64,000 nucleotides of DNA, taken from the NCBI RefSeq assembly GCF_009914755.1, contig NC_060930.1, one strand, 5' to 3'. A program made the position numbers and the translations under genes. Position 1 is the stretch's first letter; each line of letters begins with the position of its first letter. A model generated the notes under the pieces. The model did not search any database and had not been told where the DNA came from. It worked only from the letters and a program-made list of their open reading frames with translations. Of this stretch, positions 1 through 14,639 are shown one piece after another. Source of the DNA: the human T2T-CHM13v2.0 reference genome, Homo sapiens.

Positions 1-699
1 AGAATCAGGTTGCTGTGCCCCACCCGCTTTAACCTGACTTTTGTTTGGTTTTATTGGATGCTCCCAAGCCGTAGATAATTAAAGCCCTTTCTTGTTTTCT
101 GAGCCCCTCAATGGATCATTTTCATCTCCTTCAGCACCTCTACCATGTAGGTCCTTATATCTGTCCAGGATCATTTCTTCCTAAAGGTTCTCATGCTTTC
201 AGTCTGTCATTCACTGTTGCAGAATTATTTTTAAACTTCAGCCCTTCCTCTGTTCCTTTCTTCTGTACGATTGTAGTGACTGCACTGCCGACTCAGGAGT
301 TCCAGATTCTTCAGCCCTTATGAAATGTTCTGTGTGATGTGGCCTTAACCTGTCTTTCTAGCCTTATGTGTTTTTTTTTTTTTAATGTGGAACCTTGTAC
401 TTAAGTCAGATTGAACTTTGGACTTACTACTTGAAAGTGGCTTGTGTTTTTTCGCCTTCTCTTATTTCGTTATTCTATCCTCCACTTGGAATTATACTCT
501 TTCCCCTTCCCCAGCTGTGGAATTTTGTCAGTCAGGTTTTCTCCTCAGCTGCAACTCTTGTTCTTCCTCTCTCCTTACTGGAAACTGCATGTAACTTAGT
601 GCCTCCTTCTGTCAAAGTTGTAGTAGTGATCTGCACTGGTTACACATGGAAATTTACTGAGGACAAGGGCTTTATCTTCATATCTCTTACACAGTCTAA

Positions 700-1018
<319 letters not shown>

Positions 1019-1218
1019 TGGCATAGTGATTTTTAACATACTGTTCACAGTCAGTGGAAGCCTTTGAAAATTTGAAGAGGAATACCCATTTAGAAGATTT
1101 GTGGAGGTTAGATTGGTAAAATATGGAGAAGTTAGCAGACTAGAAAGAAGTGAAACACATAAGAAGGCAAATCTAGACAAGAATGGTAGCAGTAAGAATA
1201 GAAATAAGTGGACATACA

Positions 1219-2137
<919 letters not shown>

Positions 2138-3055
2138 TCAACAAGACTTGGTAAACTAATATTTTGGCATGGGGCAAGGTCACAGAAGGCAATAAGAGAA
2201 AAGAAAAGCTCTCAAAGGCCAGTTTAAGGATTTTAGCCTAGAAGATAATATCACCAACAGAAATAGTGGGACTGAAGAGGGAGAACTGAAGTTATGAAGA
2301 ACAGCACATTTTCGTATTTAAAAAGTTACAGTCAGTCATAAAGGGATTTTTGTAACAAACAGCCAGTATTTACTATGTACAGTGTCCTAGAGCTTGTGCT
2401 GGTAGTGGATGAATTGTAGGAAGTGATTTTCATTTAAGAAACATTTTAAAAACCTCCTCCTTGGCATTAACCACAGTGCTCAGAACCCTGTGGTGACAGG
2501 GCACTGGGCAGCAGACACAGATGACTCCTGTGGAAGTTGGGCTAGAACAGGTACTTACCATTTTGGAAAAAAAATGTGTGAAAGTAGAAAACTGGGAGAG
2601 TGAACTACTATTTGAAGGGGTAAAGTATTTTTAATGAAAGTTGTTATTTGGTATTTTTTCTTGAGATAAAATGAAGTAGGGAAACAAATTCAAGGAGGGC
2701 AAAAAGTAGATCTTAGAGAATTACAGGATATTATTTGTCTGGAGAGTAGGGAGAAGGGAAGTGAGGAAGTAAATCCTGGAATGGTAGACCTGGGACAGAT
2801 TTCAGTGGAGAAAGACAGTATCCTGTTCAAAGTGAATAAATGAAATATTTTGCAGGTAATTAGAATCTAGGGATGTGTAGAAGGTTTTTGAGGGGGTAAA
2901 ATTAGAGGAAAATCTAAAAAGGATGGTTACTTTAATAAGAAATAAAATACCAACATTGTATAGTGTTTTTAAATGCTAAAATTCTATTGGAGTGTAATTG
3001 GTATATTTGTGTTTTATTTTTAAATGTATTTTAATTTTAAACTAAAACATTTTAG

Positions 3056-3136
3056 GGTGCACTTGATCTATCTGATGTACATTCTCCACCAAAGTCACCA
3101 GAGGGAAAAACAAGTGCACAGACAACACCAAGTAAG
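3056..3136 (+). CDS. CEP43: CEP43/FGFR1OP coding exon 6 (GALDLSDVHSPPKSPEGKTSAQTTPSK)
   Basis: tttag|GGTGCA ... AGTAAG|gtgagt; 81 nt, phase 0/0; peptide recognised as FOP aa ~147-173. Confidence 0.95.
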
Positions 3137-3857
3137 GTGAGTTAGCTGTGGAACACGGAAGTCATGTCTGGACTTAACTCCAGAGTGCTCTGCTTTTCTC
3201 TCTCTAGTCTTTCTTGTTACAAGTTGTATTGTTTTATATAAACACATGGGCTCTTTAGTTTCTTGAAGGTGCTTTTTTTCCATTAAGTATACATTAAAAA
3301 AAAAGTTTTGCTTTGTTGGTAGTTGTTTGACATTTGTATTGTAGAAAGGAATGTGCTGGTAAGTAACAGAATCATAGAATATTTGGATTTATTTGGTACT
3401 TCGGACATTTTCTCCTATTAACAAGGAGATTTACTTACTTTTCATTTATAAATTCCTAGCTTGAGAATATTAAGCTAGAAATATGTATTATAGGATATAA
3501 TATTGAATGAATATTTTAGACTTCTAGATGGGTGATGAGATTCAGAATTGTAAATCATGATGGTTTTTAATATACCTGGGCTGTTTTGATACAATTTCTA
3601 AGAAAATGTATGTACTTTGGTTACATTTGTGTGTGTATGCATGTGTGCGTCTGTTTGTGTGTTTATGAGTTGTTAAAGGTAAGACTTGATTTCAGAGATT
3701 AAGCATAATGGGAAAAAAAATGAGCTCTACACTTTGAATTTAAGATCCAGGATATGTAGGAATGGATAGAAAGATGATTGTCAGGAAATTTGTTTTCTCA
3801 AGAGCACAGCATGAATTGGTAGTCCCAGGCGGTCTTACCAAAGGATAGGTTGGGGTC

Positions 3858-4212
3858 TGTCTTAGTCTGTTCAGGCTGCCAAGTACCATAGATTGGGCAG
3901 CTTACAAACAACACATTTTTCCTCACAGTTCTGGAGGCTGGAAGTCCAAGATCACGGCATCACTGTGGTTAGGTCTGGTGAGGTCCCTCTTCTAGGTTGC
4001 AGAGAGCTGCCTTCTCATTGTGTCCTCACGTGGTGGAAAGAGGGTGAGAGAGCTCTCTGGGGTCAGGGCCCTAATCCCATTCACAAAGCCTTCACCCGCA
4101 TGATCTGCTCACCCCGCAAAGGCTCCACCTTCTGATACCATCACATTGAGGGTTAGGATTTCAACATAGGAGCTGGGGGTTTGTGGACTACACAAACCTG
4201 CAGTCCATGACA
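3858..4212 (-). mobile_element. MaLR LTR, MLT1A-like
   Basis: tgtcttagtctgttcaggctg...cagttctggaggctggaagtccaagatc...gtccatgaca. Confidence 0.85.
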
Positions 4213-5750
4213 GGTCGGGTTTGTATTCTTTGACTGTCCCTTTGATTTTCATCCCATAGGAATAGAGTGATGCTGTGGAGTCCATTCCAAAAGATGAGGT
4301 CCCATGTGGGTTTATGGTGGTGGATCGACTCTCAGATACAGTTGCATCTTTTTAAATAGATGAACTTCCAGGACGTAGTGATTATACTACACGATACCTT
4401 TCTTTTTTAAATGTCTAGGCACAGAACATTGCTGAACGATTGCTGTTATTTTTTGCTTGTTCTTTGATGTTGTTGCTCCTTTTTATTGTTTAAGTTTGGA
4501 AAACTAAGGAATTTTATACTTCATTTCTAACCAAAGAAACAACTATTGTATTGTTTATAGTTGCTCCTTCTGAGATTTCTAGTTGGTGTAGGGAAGGCCT
4601 TTTTTTAAAATTTTTTTTTTCCTAAATACTCATAGGAGGCTATAACCCCAGTGATAGAGTAAGGTCATGAGTAAATTTTTAAAATTTCTTTAAATTAATT
4701 GCAAATAAAACAGCCTATGTAAGTAAGCTTTACTTTTCATGAAAATACCTGGCTTTAGAAAAATTAAAATTAATGAATATTCCAAAATACTTATCAGTAC
4801 CTATAGCATTTGACTATTTGGAAGCTCTTTTTAGCAAATTATTACTGTTTTTAAAGCAAATTAGCAATCCTAACCTATATATAATGTATGTCTTCAGGGT
4901 AAAATATTAAAGTCTATTTTACGTACTCTTATTCTCCCTACATACATTTTAAGATCTAAGAATTATAATGAGAATCTCAATGTTTTAAGTCAGTCAGGAA
5001 ATGATGCTGTGAGTTTTTCCAGAGAAGGGGGGACTGTCCTGAGGCTGCTTTAGAGAATAGCGTTTGTCCTAACAGCTGTCTCTGCCGTCATCCCGTTATT
5101 CTAGTTTAGTCTCCGTTTCTCAGTTGGCCTCATAAACCCACTTCAGAAATACCCTAGATAGTCCTTGTGTAGGGTTGCATCTGTTCTAAAATGAACCCTT
5201 ATTTTGGCACTTAAAATGCAATTTCTCTAGTACTAAAGGACCTGGATTTGGGATCCAGTACTTTCCCTACCGTCTTCTTGCTAGCTACCTCCTACCAAAT
5301 CAGCCTTGAGGGCCCACGGAGAATGCTAGAAACTCTCCAAGAGTAGGGTCCACGCAACCTTTAGGAACCAGCTTTGTGTGCTCCTGAGAAAGGTCAGATG
5401 AGGTCAGGACAAGTCTTCAAGGAAGTTGCCTAGGAACTCAAGTGAGGCTTATTTAGAATGCCGCTAAAATGTAGCATGAAAGAGCTGATTCTCCACCCAG
5501 TAGAAGCTGAGCAGGTGGAGGCTAAGGTATCTGTGTTTGACCTAGTAACTATTGGAAACAGTAAACATGAGGTAGATCACTCTAGGAATAGTTAAGAAAG
5601 GACCAAAAAAAGCAGGCCTCACAGAACATATTAACTAGATGTTCCACTTCTGAGACATTTTTCAGTAGGTATCTTTGTTTGGTAATGAGTTAGTTTATTT
5701 TTTAAAGATTTCTATTTTGTGGTAAAATCTCATTTTATTCTCATGCTCAG

Positions 5751-5810
5751 ATACCAAGGTATAAAGGACAAGGTAAGAAGAAGACAAGCGGGCAGAAGGC
5801 TGGTGACAAG
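5751..5810 (+). CDS. CEP43: CEP43 exon 7, 60-nt symmetric cassette exon (IPRYKGQGKKKTSGQKAGDK)
   Basis: ctcag|ATACCA ... GACAAG|gtaaca; in frame between exons 6 and 8; a FOP isoform 20 aa shorter is recalled. Confidence 0.93.
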
Positions 5811-5897
5811 GTAACATGCATGAGGGCAGAGGAGAAAAGCAGCCTGTGGGCATCAGGTCTCGACTCTGGGGCCTCCTGGAGCGCTGGGCTCCTGTCA

Positions 5898-6258
<361 letters not shown>

Positions 6259-8512
6259 TCACTGTCAGTTTTTATCCAGGTGAAAATCATACTGTTGAAT
6301 CTTAAAACCATGCTCTCAGTTTTACTTTGAAAATTCCTGTTGTGTTGGCAATTAGAGTTGAAAATACGTATTTTTCTTTTGAATGGATGATTATATACAT
6401 ATTAGTAACATTGTGATTTTTATTTGAGGAAAATAGAACATCAAACTATTTTTTTGAATACGTACCTATTGATAAATTAAAAATTAAACGTATTTCCTCC
6501 AAGATGTTTTTGTGTTCTGTCATTTTTCAGACAATTGCACATTTGTGATCCTTTATTCAGTGCCCCTGCTCACAGTAGACTGCTGGGGGCCAGTGCTGCA
6601 TACTACCAAGGCCTTGGCTGCTTTTTCATCCTCTCCTAAAGATCACAAAAATTGACTAATCCAGTAGATTAGCTGCTTATGAAATTTAAATATTAGAAGT
6701 TTTAGAAACATTATCAGTACAGTTTTTACATGTACTTAGGATAAGACAAAATATTTAATTTTCAGTTCTGTGAGATTCATTAGTCCTATGCTGAACTTTG
6801 GTTATGTATAGATTTTTTCACTAGGTTGAAAATCTTCAAACTTAAAGCTTTTTAAAAATTCCACCTGTTGTGTTAGATGGCTTTAGTTCTAGGAGTTTCA
6901 AAGGTAAATTCCTATTACTGTATTCTCTTTCTGTTCACACTGTTCTTTATGCGTTATTAAACAAGAAGTTGCTTTAAAATAATGATTTAGTAAGTTTTTT
7001 TTAACATTTACATAGTGAAAGTTATTGTGTGTTAATGCTTTGGGCAACACATTTAACACAGTTCTCACTTAAGGAGTTTATAGTTTAATTGGAGAGATGA
7101 GACATACCTTAAGTAAGATATAAAACTTCTTAATAGATTTTAAAAATCAGTTTCTTGGGCTTTTCTAAAATTTAAAAGCATATTTTATAGTATTAAGCTT
7201 TTATAATCTTACTGCTATTGTGGGTTTCAAACAACTTAAACATTTTCAAGAAGTTTATACATAGAGCCAAGGCATCCTAAGAGATGTGGTTTTCACTTTG
7301 TGTGATGTGAAATAACTGTGATGGGCCCAGACTTTAGCTTTCGCGGTACTTTGGGCAGAGTGTAGTGTGTGCCCTGACTTGAGAGGGGATTGAAGAATCT
7401 AGGTGGGCCCATATCCCAGGATTTAGTCCATAATTTGGGTCTCTTCTATTTCATTGTTGTGTTCCTGAGGCCAGGATGCTTCCTCAATTACTTGGAAACC
7501 TTTTTCCCTGTACATTTCTGATCTTGTTTCTGAACTGCCTTGTGAGAAGTCTGTATTGTACCCCATGTGGCCTATTGCCAGCCTTACTTATATGGGTAAG
7601 CCCTTAGCTCTTTGTTCCCCTGCCTTTCTGCTTTGCCTTGTGCATGCAGTGAGTTCCCAACAGCCTTAACATTCTCAACATCTTCATCATCCAGATGCTA
7701 TGTTGCATGTGGTGGTTGAGGTTGTACACAGCAAGACTCCAGATGGAGCCATCCGCATGGTAGGTGAGTGGCATCTCCCAAGGTATGCAAAGCCATCATG
7801 GGAGCCCTGCCTGTCCTGCAGACGTGAACTGGGCATGCGATGCAGGAGGGCCTAGGGTACCGCTGCTCCCGGAGCTCTGGAGCACTGATCAGGAGTGTCG
7901 CATGTGTCCGGTTGCTTTCGAATGCAGGAGGCGACAAGTACTAGTGGCTCACTCAGAGACCCTTGGCACTTTCTTCAGGGAAGCTATATTCATATTATAA
8001 ATAAACTTAAAAAAACATTCATATGTATAGTTAGAATTGATTTGTAGGGTTTTTGAACGATGTAACTTGGGCAAAACTGAAGTTCTTATTTTTGTTGTTG
8101 CTAAGAGACAATAAAGATAAAAATAAAATAAAGATTAAAGATAAAAGATTTGGTATACAAGGAGTATAAATATGAAATGAGAGGGCATTTTAAAAATGAA
8201 TTAATAATTTTGAAATATATGTTAATACTTGCTGACTTCCAAAGTATCATCTGTGATAATTTATCTCATTGTATTCCATTTCGTTGTACCAAACATCCTA
8301 ATTGTTTGGAAAAAAAAAAAAGTATCAGAAAATTATAACAGACTTTTGATAGGCCCTACTAGCTTAGGTTTTTACCATTTAGTTGGAAATGTTGAGTAAG
8401 ATCTATATTTTTTTGTTTTTAATATTTAGAATTAGTTGCTCTTTATCATTATATTAAATGTAATATGAAAGATCATCCTTTCTTCTTACAAATAGTTTTC
8501 AGGTGTCTGTTT

Positions 8513-8803
8513 CTTTTTAGAGACAAGGTCTCACTCTGTCACCTAGGCTGGAGTGCAGTGGTGTGATCATGGCTCACACCACTTGTCCTCCTGGGGTCAA
8601 GTGCCCACTTCAGCCTCTTGGGTAGCTAGGACAACAGGTGCATGCCAGCACAGCTGGCTAATTTTTTAAAAAATGTTTTCATGTAGAGGCAGGGGTCTCA
8701 CTATGGTTGTCCATTCTGATCCTCAACTGTGGGGCTCAAGTGATCCTCCTGCCTCGGCCTCCCAAAGTGCTGGGATTACAGGCATGAGCCACCGTGCCTG
8801 GCC
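8513..8803 (-). mobile_element. Alu (AluJ-like, diverged)
   Basis: antisense dimer, ggctcaagtgatcctcctgcc. Confidence 0.88.
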
Positions 8804-9108
8804 CAGTTTTCAGGTATTTTAAAACTAACATGTATTGAGATGCTTTTTCACATTACGTGTAGGTTTTGGGGCATATGTTTTTGTATCTTTGGCAGTCACC
8901 TGAGGATTTTCCAAACCAGGCGTTACCATTCCCTGTCACGCTCTCACACCATCCTGAATGAATGGATACATGGATGCATGAATGTTCCCACACTTAGCCC
9001 TGTAGTAAAATTACTTCTCTAAATAATTCATTAGTAAGTCATGGATCAGAAACTGTCGTTGGCAGGGAGAGAGGTGGGGGGCAGAGGCATGGGTGAAGAG
9101 AATTTTAA

Positions 9109-9743
<635 letters not shown>

Positions 9744-10154
9744 TATTGCATGAATTTTTTGAATACTTTTGCAAAACAATAGTATTTCTTTGATATTTTT
9801 CCTACATGAACAGTTTGGAAAAAAATTCTTTTTTTTTTTTTTCAGGTTCTTAAGTCAGTCTGATACAATTCAGTTTTTGACTACTGAAAAATTAAGGTTT
9901 TTCATTGTGAAACTTCTCTAGTGCTGACTTTTTGTTAATCTAGAAATGATTGGCTTCTTTATTATATGAGTGTACTATTGGATAATTTAAATATATACTA
10001 AAGCTTTCTTATGGCTGCACTATAATTTCCCATAGAGCTTATTATTAGTCTTGAGCTCCAGCCAAGAGAACTTAATGACCGTTGTAGTGCTGTGCAATAG
10101 GTCCCTCACTTTTATGAAAAGACAAAACTTGTTTTAGTTTTTTGTTATAAATGA

Positions 10155-10580
10155 CTTGATTTGTTTCCTAGGGCTAATGTAATATAAGTACCAATATTGG
10201 GTGGCTTAAAACAACACATGTGTTGTGTCACAGTTCTAGAGGCTTAAAAATGTGAAATCAAGGTTCGCGGAGGGCTGTGGCTCCTGTTCTAGCTTCTGGT
10301 GGCTGCTAGACCCAGATGCTGTTTGGCTTGTAGATGGATTACTCCAGTCTTTGCCTCCATCTTCACATGGACTTCTCCCTGTGTTTCTCTGTGTCTCTTC
10401 CCCCCAGCAAGGATACCACTCATTAGGTTAGGACCCAGGCCCACCCTACTCTTTGAATGGACTCATCTTAACTAAATACATCTGCAGTGGACACTGTTTC
10501 CAAATAAGGTCACACTCTGAAGTACTGGGAGTTAGGGGTTTCAACATATTTCATTTGTGGGATACAGTTTGACCCATAAC
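10155..10580 (-). mobile_element. MaLR LTR, MLT1B/C-like
   Basis: ggtggcttaaaacaac...cacagttctagaggc...ccaaataaggtcacactctgaagtactggg. Confidence 0.8.
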
Positions 10581-10642
10581 TTCTGTGCTTGTCCAGAGAA
10601 TGAATTCTAAGGCATTGCCATGGTATGTGTGTGTGTGTGTAT

Positions 10643-10931
10643 TTTTTTTTGAGACGGATTCTCACTCTGTCACCAGGCTGGAGTGCAGTGGCGGCGATTA
10701 CAACTCACTGCAACCTCCAACTTCCTGGTTCAAGCGATTCTCCTGCCCCAGCCTCCTGAGTAGCTGGGATTACAGGCACGTGCCACCACGCCCAGCTAAT
10801 TTTTGTATTTTTAGTAGAGACGGGGTTCCACTATGTTGGCCAGGATGGTTTCGGATCTCCTGACCTCATGATCCGCCTGCCTCGGCCTCCCAAAGTGCTG
10901 GGATTACAGGTGTGAGCCACTGTGCCTGGCC
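10643..10931 (-). mobile_element. Alu (AluS), preceded by a short (GT)n
   Basis: antisense dimer. Confidence 0.92.
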
Positions 10932-11127
10932 TTATATTTTTTAAATCTTATTTGTTAGTTTTTAAACAATACTTAACCTTAGTTATTTAGCTTCATTTTG
11001 AATCTTCAACTTAGCCAAATCCAGGTGATACAAAACCCAAGTAACTGAAGTTTATGTACGTAACATAAGTTCGTCTTAACTCATGATAAGGGTTTTTAAA
11101 GCAGATTCCCGGGTATACATACGTATA

Positions 11128-11470
11128 CAGATGGTCCCCAATGTTACAACAGTTTGATTTATGCTTTTTTGACTTTATGATGGTACAAAAGTGATATAGA
11201 TTAAGTAGATAGCATACGTTGAGTTTTGATCTTTTCCCAGGACAGTAATCGGTGGTACGATTCTCTCTCGGGGCCAGGCAGTGACGTTGAGCCACGGCTT
11301 CCAGTCAGCCACATGGTCACGAGGCACTCTGATGCCAGGGGACTGAATAGCCAGCATTTTTTGGATATTGTGTTTTTGCACCTCATGTTTATGAAGTGCC
11401 CGTTTTCCACTTTGTGATATTTTCACTTGACGGTTGATGAGGTGAAGCGCTGTTGTGGGTTGAGCATCTG
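11128..11470 (+). mobile_element. MER82-like Tigger DNA transposon
   Basis: TA|CAGATGGTCCCC...gactttatgatgg...GAGCATCTG; terminal CAGATG/CATCTG inverted repeat. Confidence 0.7.
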
Positions 11471-11584
11471 TGCACATGCATACACCTGCTGTGCACACGC
11501 ATACACCTGCTGTGCACACGCATACACCTGCTGTGCACACGCGTACACCTGCTGTGCACACGGGTACACCTGCTGTGTACATGG
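11468..11584. repeat. minisatellite, 21-bp unit CTGTGCACACGCATACACCTG x ~5.5
   Basis: units start at 11468, 11489, 11510, 11531, 11552 and 11573 (partial). Confidence 0.97.
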
Positions 11585-12860
11585 AGGAGCCACTGAAACT
11601 GCTCTCAGCGTTTTCAGTGCTTTGGTTTTAATCTGCAAAATGTGTTGATGACAAATCTTTCTCCTCTTCCTGTAGATTTTTTTAATAGTGAAGTTTATTT
11701 GGAATTAAGTTTAGTGAATTCATTAATAACCTAGTTGGTAATGGTCTTTTGGCAAAAATGAGCCATAGTTATAAAGTAGTAACATGTTACTGTGTGGTTT
11801 AGAACTAGATTTTGAGAGCAGTTCCAAAGCAGATTGTTTCAGAATTTATTTTTACTCCCTGGATTAAGAGAACTATATTTTTAAAATAATTCTGTTATGT
11901 TTACAAGTATGTGTTGTGTAATATAGTAATGCCCTTCTCCGTAAAACTTGTCTTCCTAAAACTGGTCTTTCTGTCTATAGCGGGAATATTGGTCAAACCT
12001 GTCAAATAATCATGGATACCTACTAGTTGCTCAGCTTTGATACTAGATAGTTCATTATGTGGATTTAAGTTACATTGGCAGTGTGAATTCTTGGGGAAAT
12101 CAGAATAATTATTGTTTCTCATAATATTGCTTTACATTTACATTTTTCAGTTTCTGTCATGCCAGTTATTCTTTGGCACTTTCTCATGAGTGTTTAGAAG
12201 GAGAGAATCTGTCGTGGCCACAGGCTGTGTCATTGTACATATGTTTAAATATCACATCAGGGTATTTATTTCCAAATGCATATTCTTTTAAAAAGACATA
12301 AATCCATTATTAAAACAGTGTAAAAATCAGAAATTACAACTGCTGTGAATTACATAATATTTTTCTATATTTGATAATACCAGGAAAATGTCAAGAAAGT
12401 TGTTAGGAAATTTTTGAAAGTTTCCATCCCTTTGAAAATATGTTGTCTAAAATTATAACTTGCTATTTATTTTTTCAGACATCTCTTTATAATCATTAAT
12501 TTATATTAATAACATGGAATGTGTAGCTCTCTAGAAGGCAATAAAATTTGCACAGCATATATCTTGCCTACTGTCAACTAGTCAAGACCTCTACCTGGTG
12601 TAAAGATGTAAACGTATATCATAAGACATGCATAATGCATTCTGTCTGTACCCATATGAAAAGTGAAACCATCCTTCAAGAGCGTCTTGTTCGGTAATGT
12701 CCAACCCAGACTTTGGTCACCATGCTTCAGTAGTTACTACTCTTTAATTCTTTCTCAGCCATCCATCCCTTCCTAGATATAATTTGATCTGAAAAATATG
12801 AATCTAGTTCAATTCTTGAGGAAACTCATGCCTAGGAAATTAATTTACTTAAGATTACAC

Positions 12861-13169
12861 GGGCCGTGTATGGTGGCTCACGGCTCACACCTGTAATCCC
12901 AGCACTTTGGGAGGCCGAGGCGGGTGGATCACTTGAGGTCAGAAGTTCGAGACCAGCGTGGCCAACATGTTGAAACCCTGTTTCTACTAAAAATACAAAA
13001 ATTAGCCAAGCGTGGTGGCACGCGCCTGAAATCCCAGCTACTCAGGAGGCTGAGGCAGGAGAATCGCTTGAATCTGGGAGGCGGAGGTTGCAGTTAGCCC
13101 AGATTGCCCCACTGCACTCCAGCCTGAGTGACAGAGCGAGACTCTGTCTCAAAAAAAAAAAAAAAAAAA
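12861..13169 (+). mobile_element. Alu (AluS)
   Basis: full dimer; TSD aagatta(c/t)ac; small ggctcac duplication near the 5' end. Confidence 0.92.
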
Positions 13170-13179
13170 GATTATACGA

Positions 13180-13327
13180 CTGGGTGTAGTTTGTGCTTGT
13201 AATCCCATAAACCCAGCTACTTGGGAGACTGAGGCAAGGAGGACTGCTTGAGCCCAGGAGTTTTAAGACCAGCCTGGATGACATAGTGAGAGCCTGTTTC
13301 TTAAAAAAGAAAAAAAAGAAAAAAAAA
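13180..13327 (+). mobile_element. FLAM / free Alu monomer
   Basis: single arm with gcttgagcccaggagttt and its own A tail. Confidence 0.8.
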
Positions 13328-14489
13328 TGGAGTTAATAATTTTGGACTACATTCCAGATTCCTTGTTTCAGTTGAGTGCTTTTTCTATTATTCCACGGGT
13401 ATTTTACACAATACTGCTCTCTTTAGTACGCAAGGCTGAATTTTGGGAAATTGCCATTTTTAACCCATAAAGCCCACAAATTCATTATAATTTAGCTTAA
13501 TAGCATAAATATTGAGTTAACCTCTGGAAGCAGGCTTTGACTTTGATATTGACCTGACCACTTAACTCTCTGGAGACTTTGACAAGTGACATCAATGTCT
13601 GTCTCTGTGTTTCCTGATTTATATCCACAGATAGAAAGCCATCTCCAGATCCTAGGGCCATTTTCAAGATTCAGTGAGATAAGGTGAAGCATTTGAATGT
13701 TCTCCATAAATGTCAGCTGCTTTTATTATTACTAGCATTATTTTTTGTTTTCATTATTATTATTAACATAGACCCGTCTAAGGGCAGAAAGAAATCTGAC
13801 CAAGAATGGAGTGAAAGTCGGCTGTGAAGGTTAGGACTCCCTGAAAACAAAAAAGAAAAGTGGTAACATCACTCTGTATCCAAGGGCATGGATAAGGATG
13901 ATTCAGAATTTTTTTATAACATTGATGTTAATATACATAGAGAAATACACACACACACACACGTATATATGTCCATGGACATCAAAATGAGGTATAGGTT
14001 AGGAAGTTACCCTGGAAGTTAGAATTGAGATAATTACTTTGATTAGCAAAGGTTTATGTTAGAAATACGAGTGGTTGAAGGCAGCGCCTTTCACCTTGAT
14101 GCCTGTTGTGTTTAGCACTGGATAGAAAATTGCTATTTTTACTGATGACTACTTTAATGCTTGGTTCATTCATATGAAATAATCTTTCTTTTCTCCTTTA
14201 ATAATAATGATCTCTCCTGATTTCAAGTTGAAAATGTATTAATTTAAGATAACTTATGAAGCAATGACATATGGAAGAGGAGATGGGAAATTGTTTCTCA
14301 ATGGGAAAGTGTTTATAAATGGGATAGGTATACTAAAGGTATTTCCATTTAGGGAAAGAGGAAAGGAATGGTATTAATATATTTCTCTAATATTTTTCCC
14401 CCTTTGAAAGTTTGCCATGTTAGGAATCCTGGGGATGGAGTGATGAATTGTGGCATTGCTCTGCAGTTCACGCTGCTGAGAGCTGCCCC

Positions 14490-14490
<1 letters not shown>

Positions 14491-14525
<35 letters not shown>

Positions 14526-14540
14526 GGTTGCACACACACA
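14491..14540. repeat. (AC)16 microsatellite plus a short CA run
   Basis: read directly. Confidence 0.97.
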
Positions 14541-14639
14541 AACAGGTTTGATTATGCTCATGAGACTTCTTTTATTATTGAAAATATCTTAAAGTTTTAT
14601 CTCACCAAGGAGGCCTTTTCTCTTTCCCTCTCTTTCTAG

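Noticed and set aside
7663-7670. U12-type branch site (CCTTAAC)
   Set aside because: No U12 5' site (RTATCCTT) at the host donors; all introns look U2-type
9825-9900. Strong acceptor-like poly-T CAG at 9845 (also 11675 and 12478)
   Set aside because: No convincing donor at exon distance; such sites are common decoys
11468-11584. CRISPR-like direct repeats
   Set aside because: Units are contiguous with no unique spacers, there are no cas genes, and the context is primate
11175-11648. ORFs with striking Cys/His repeats (CCAHAYT, CTAGVCV), superficially metallothionein-like
   Set aside because: They are translations of a 21-bp (multiple of 3) minisatellite plus MER82, open on both strands, with no promoter or splice support
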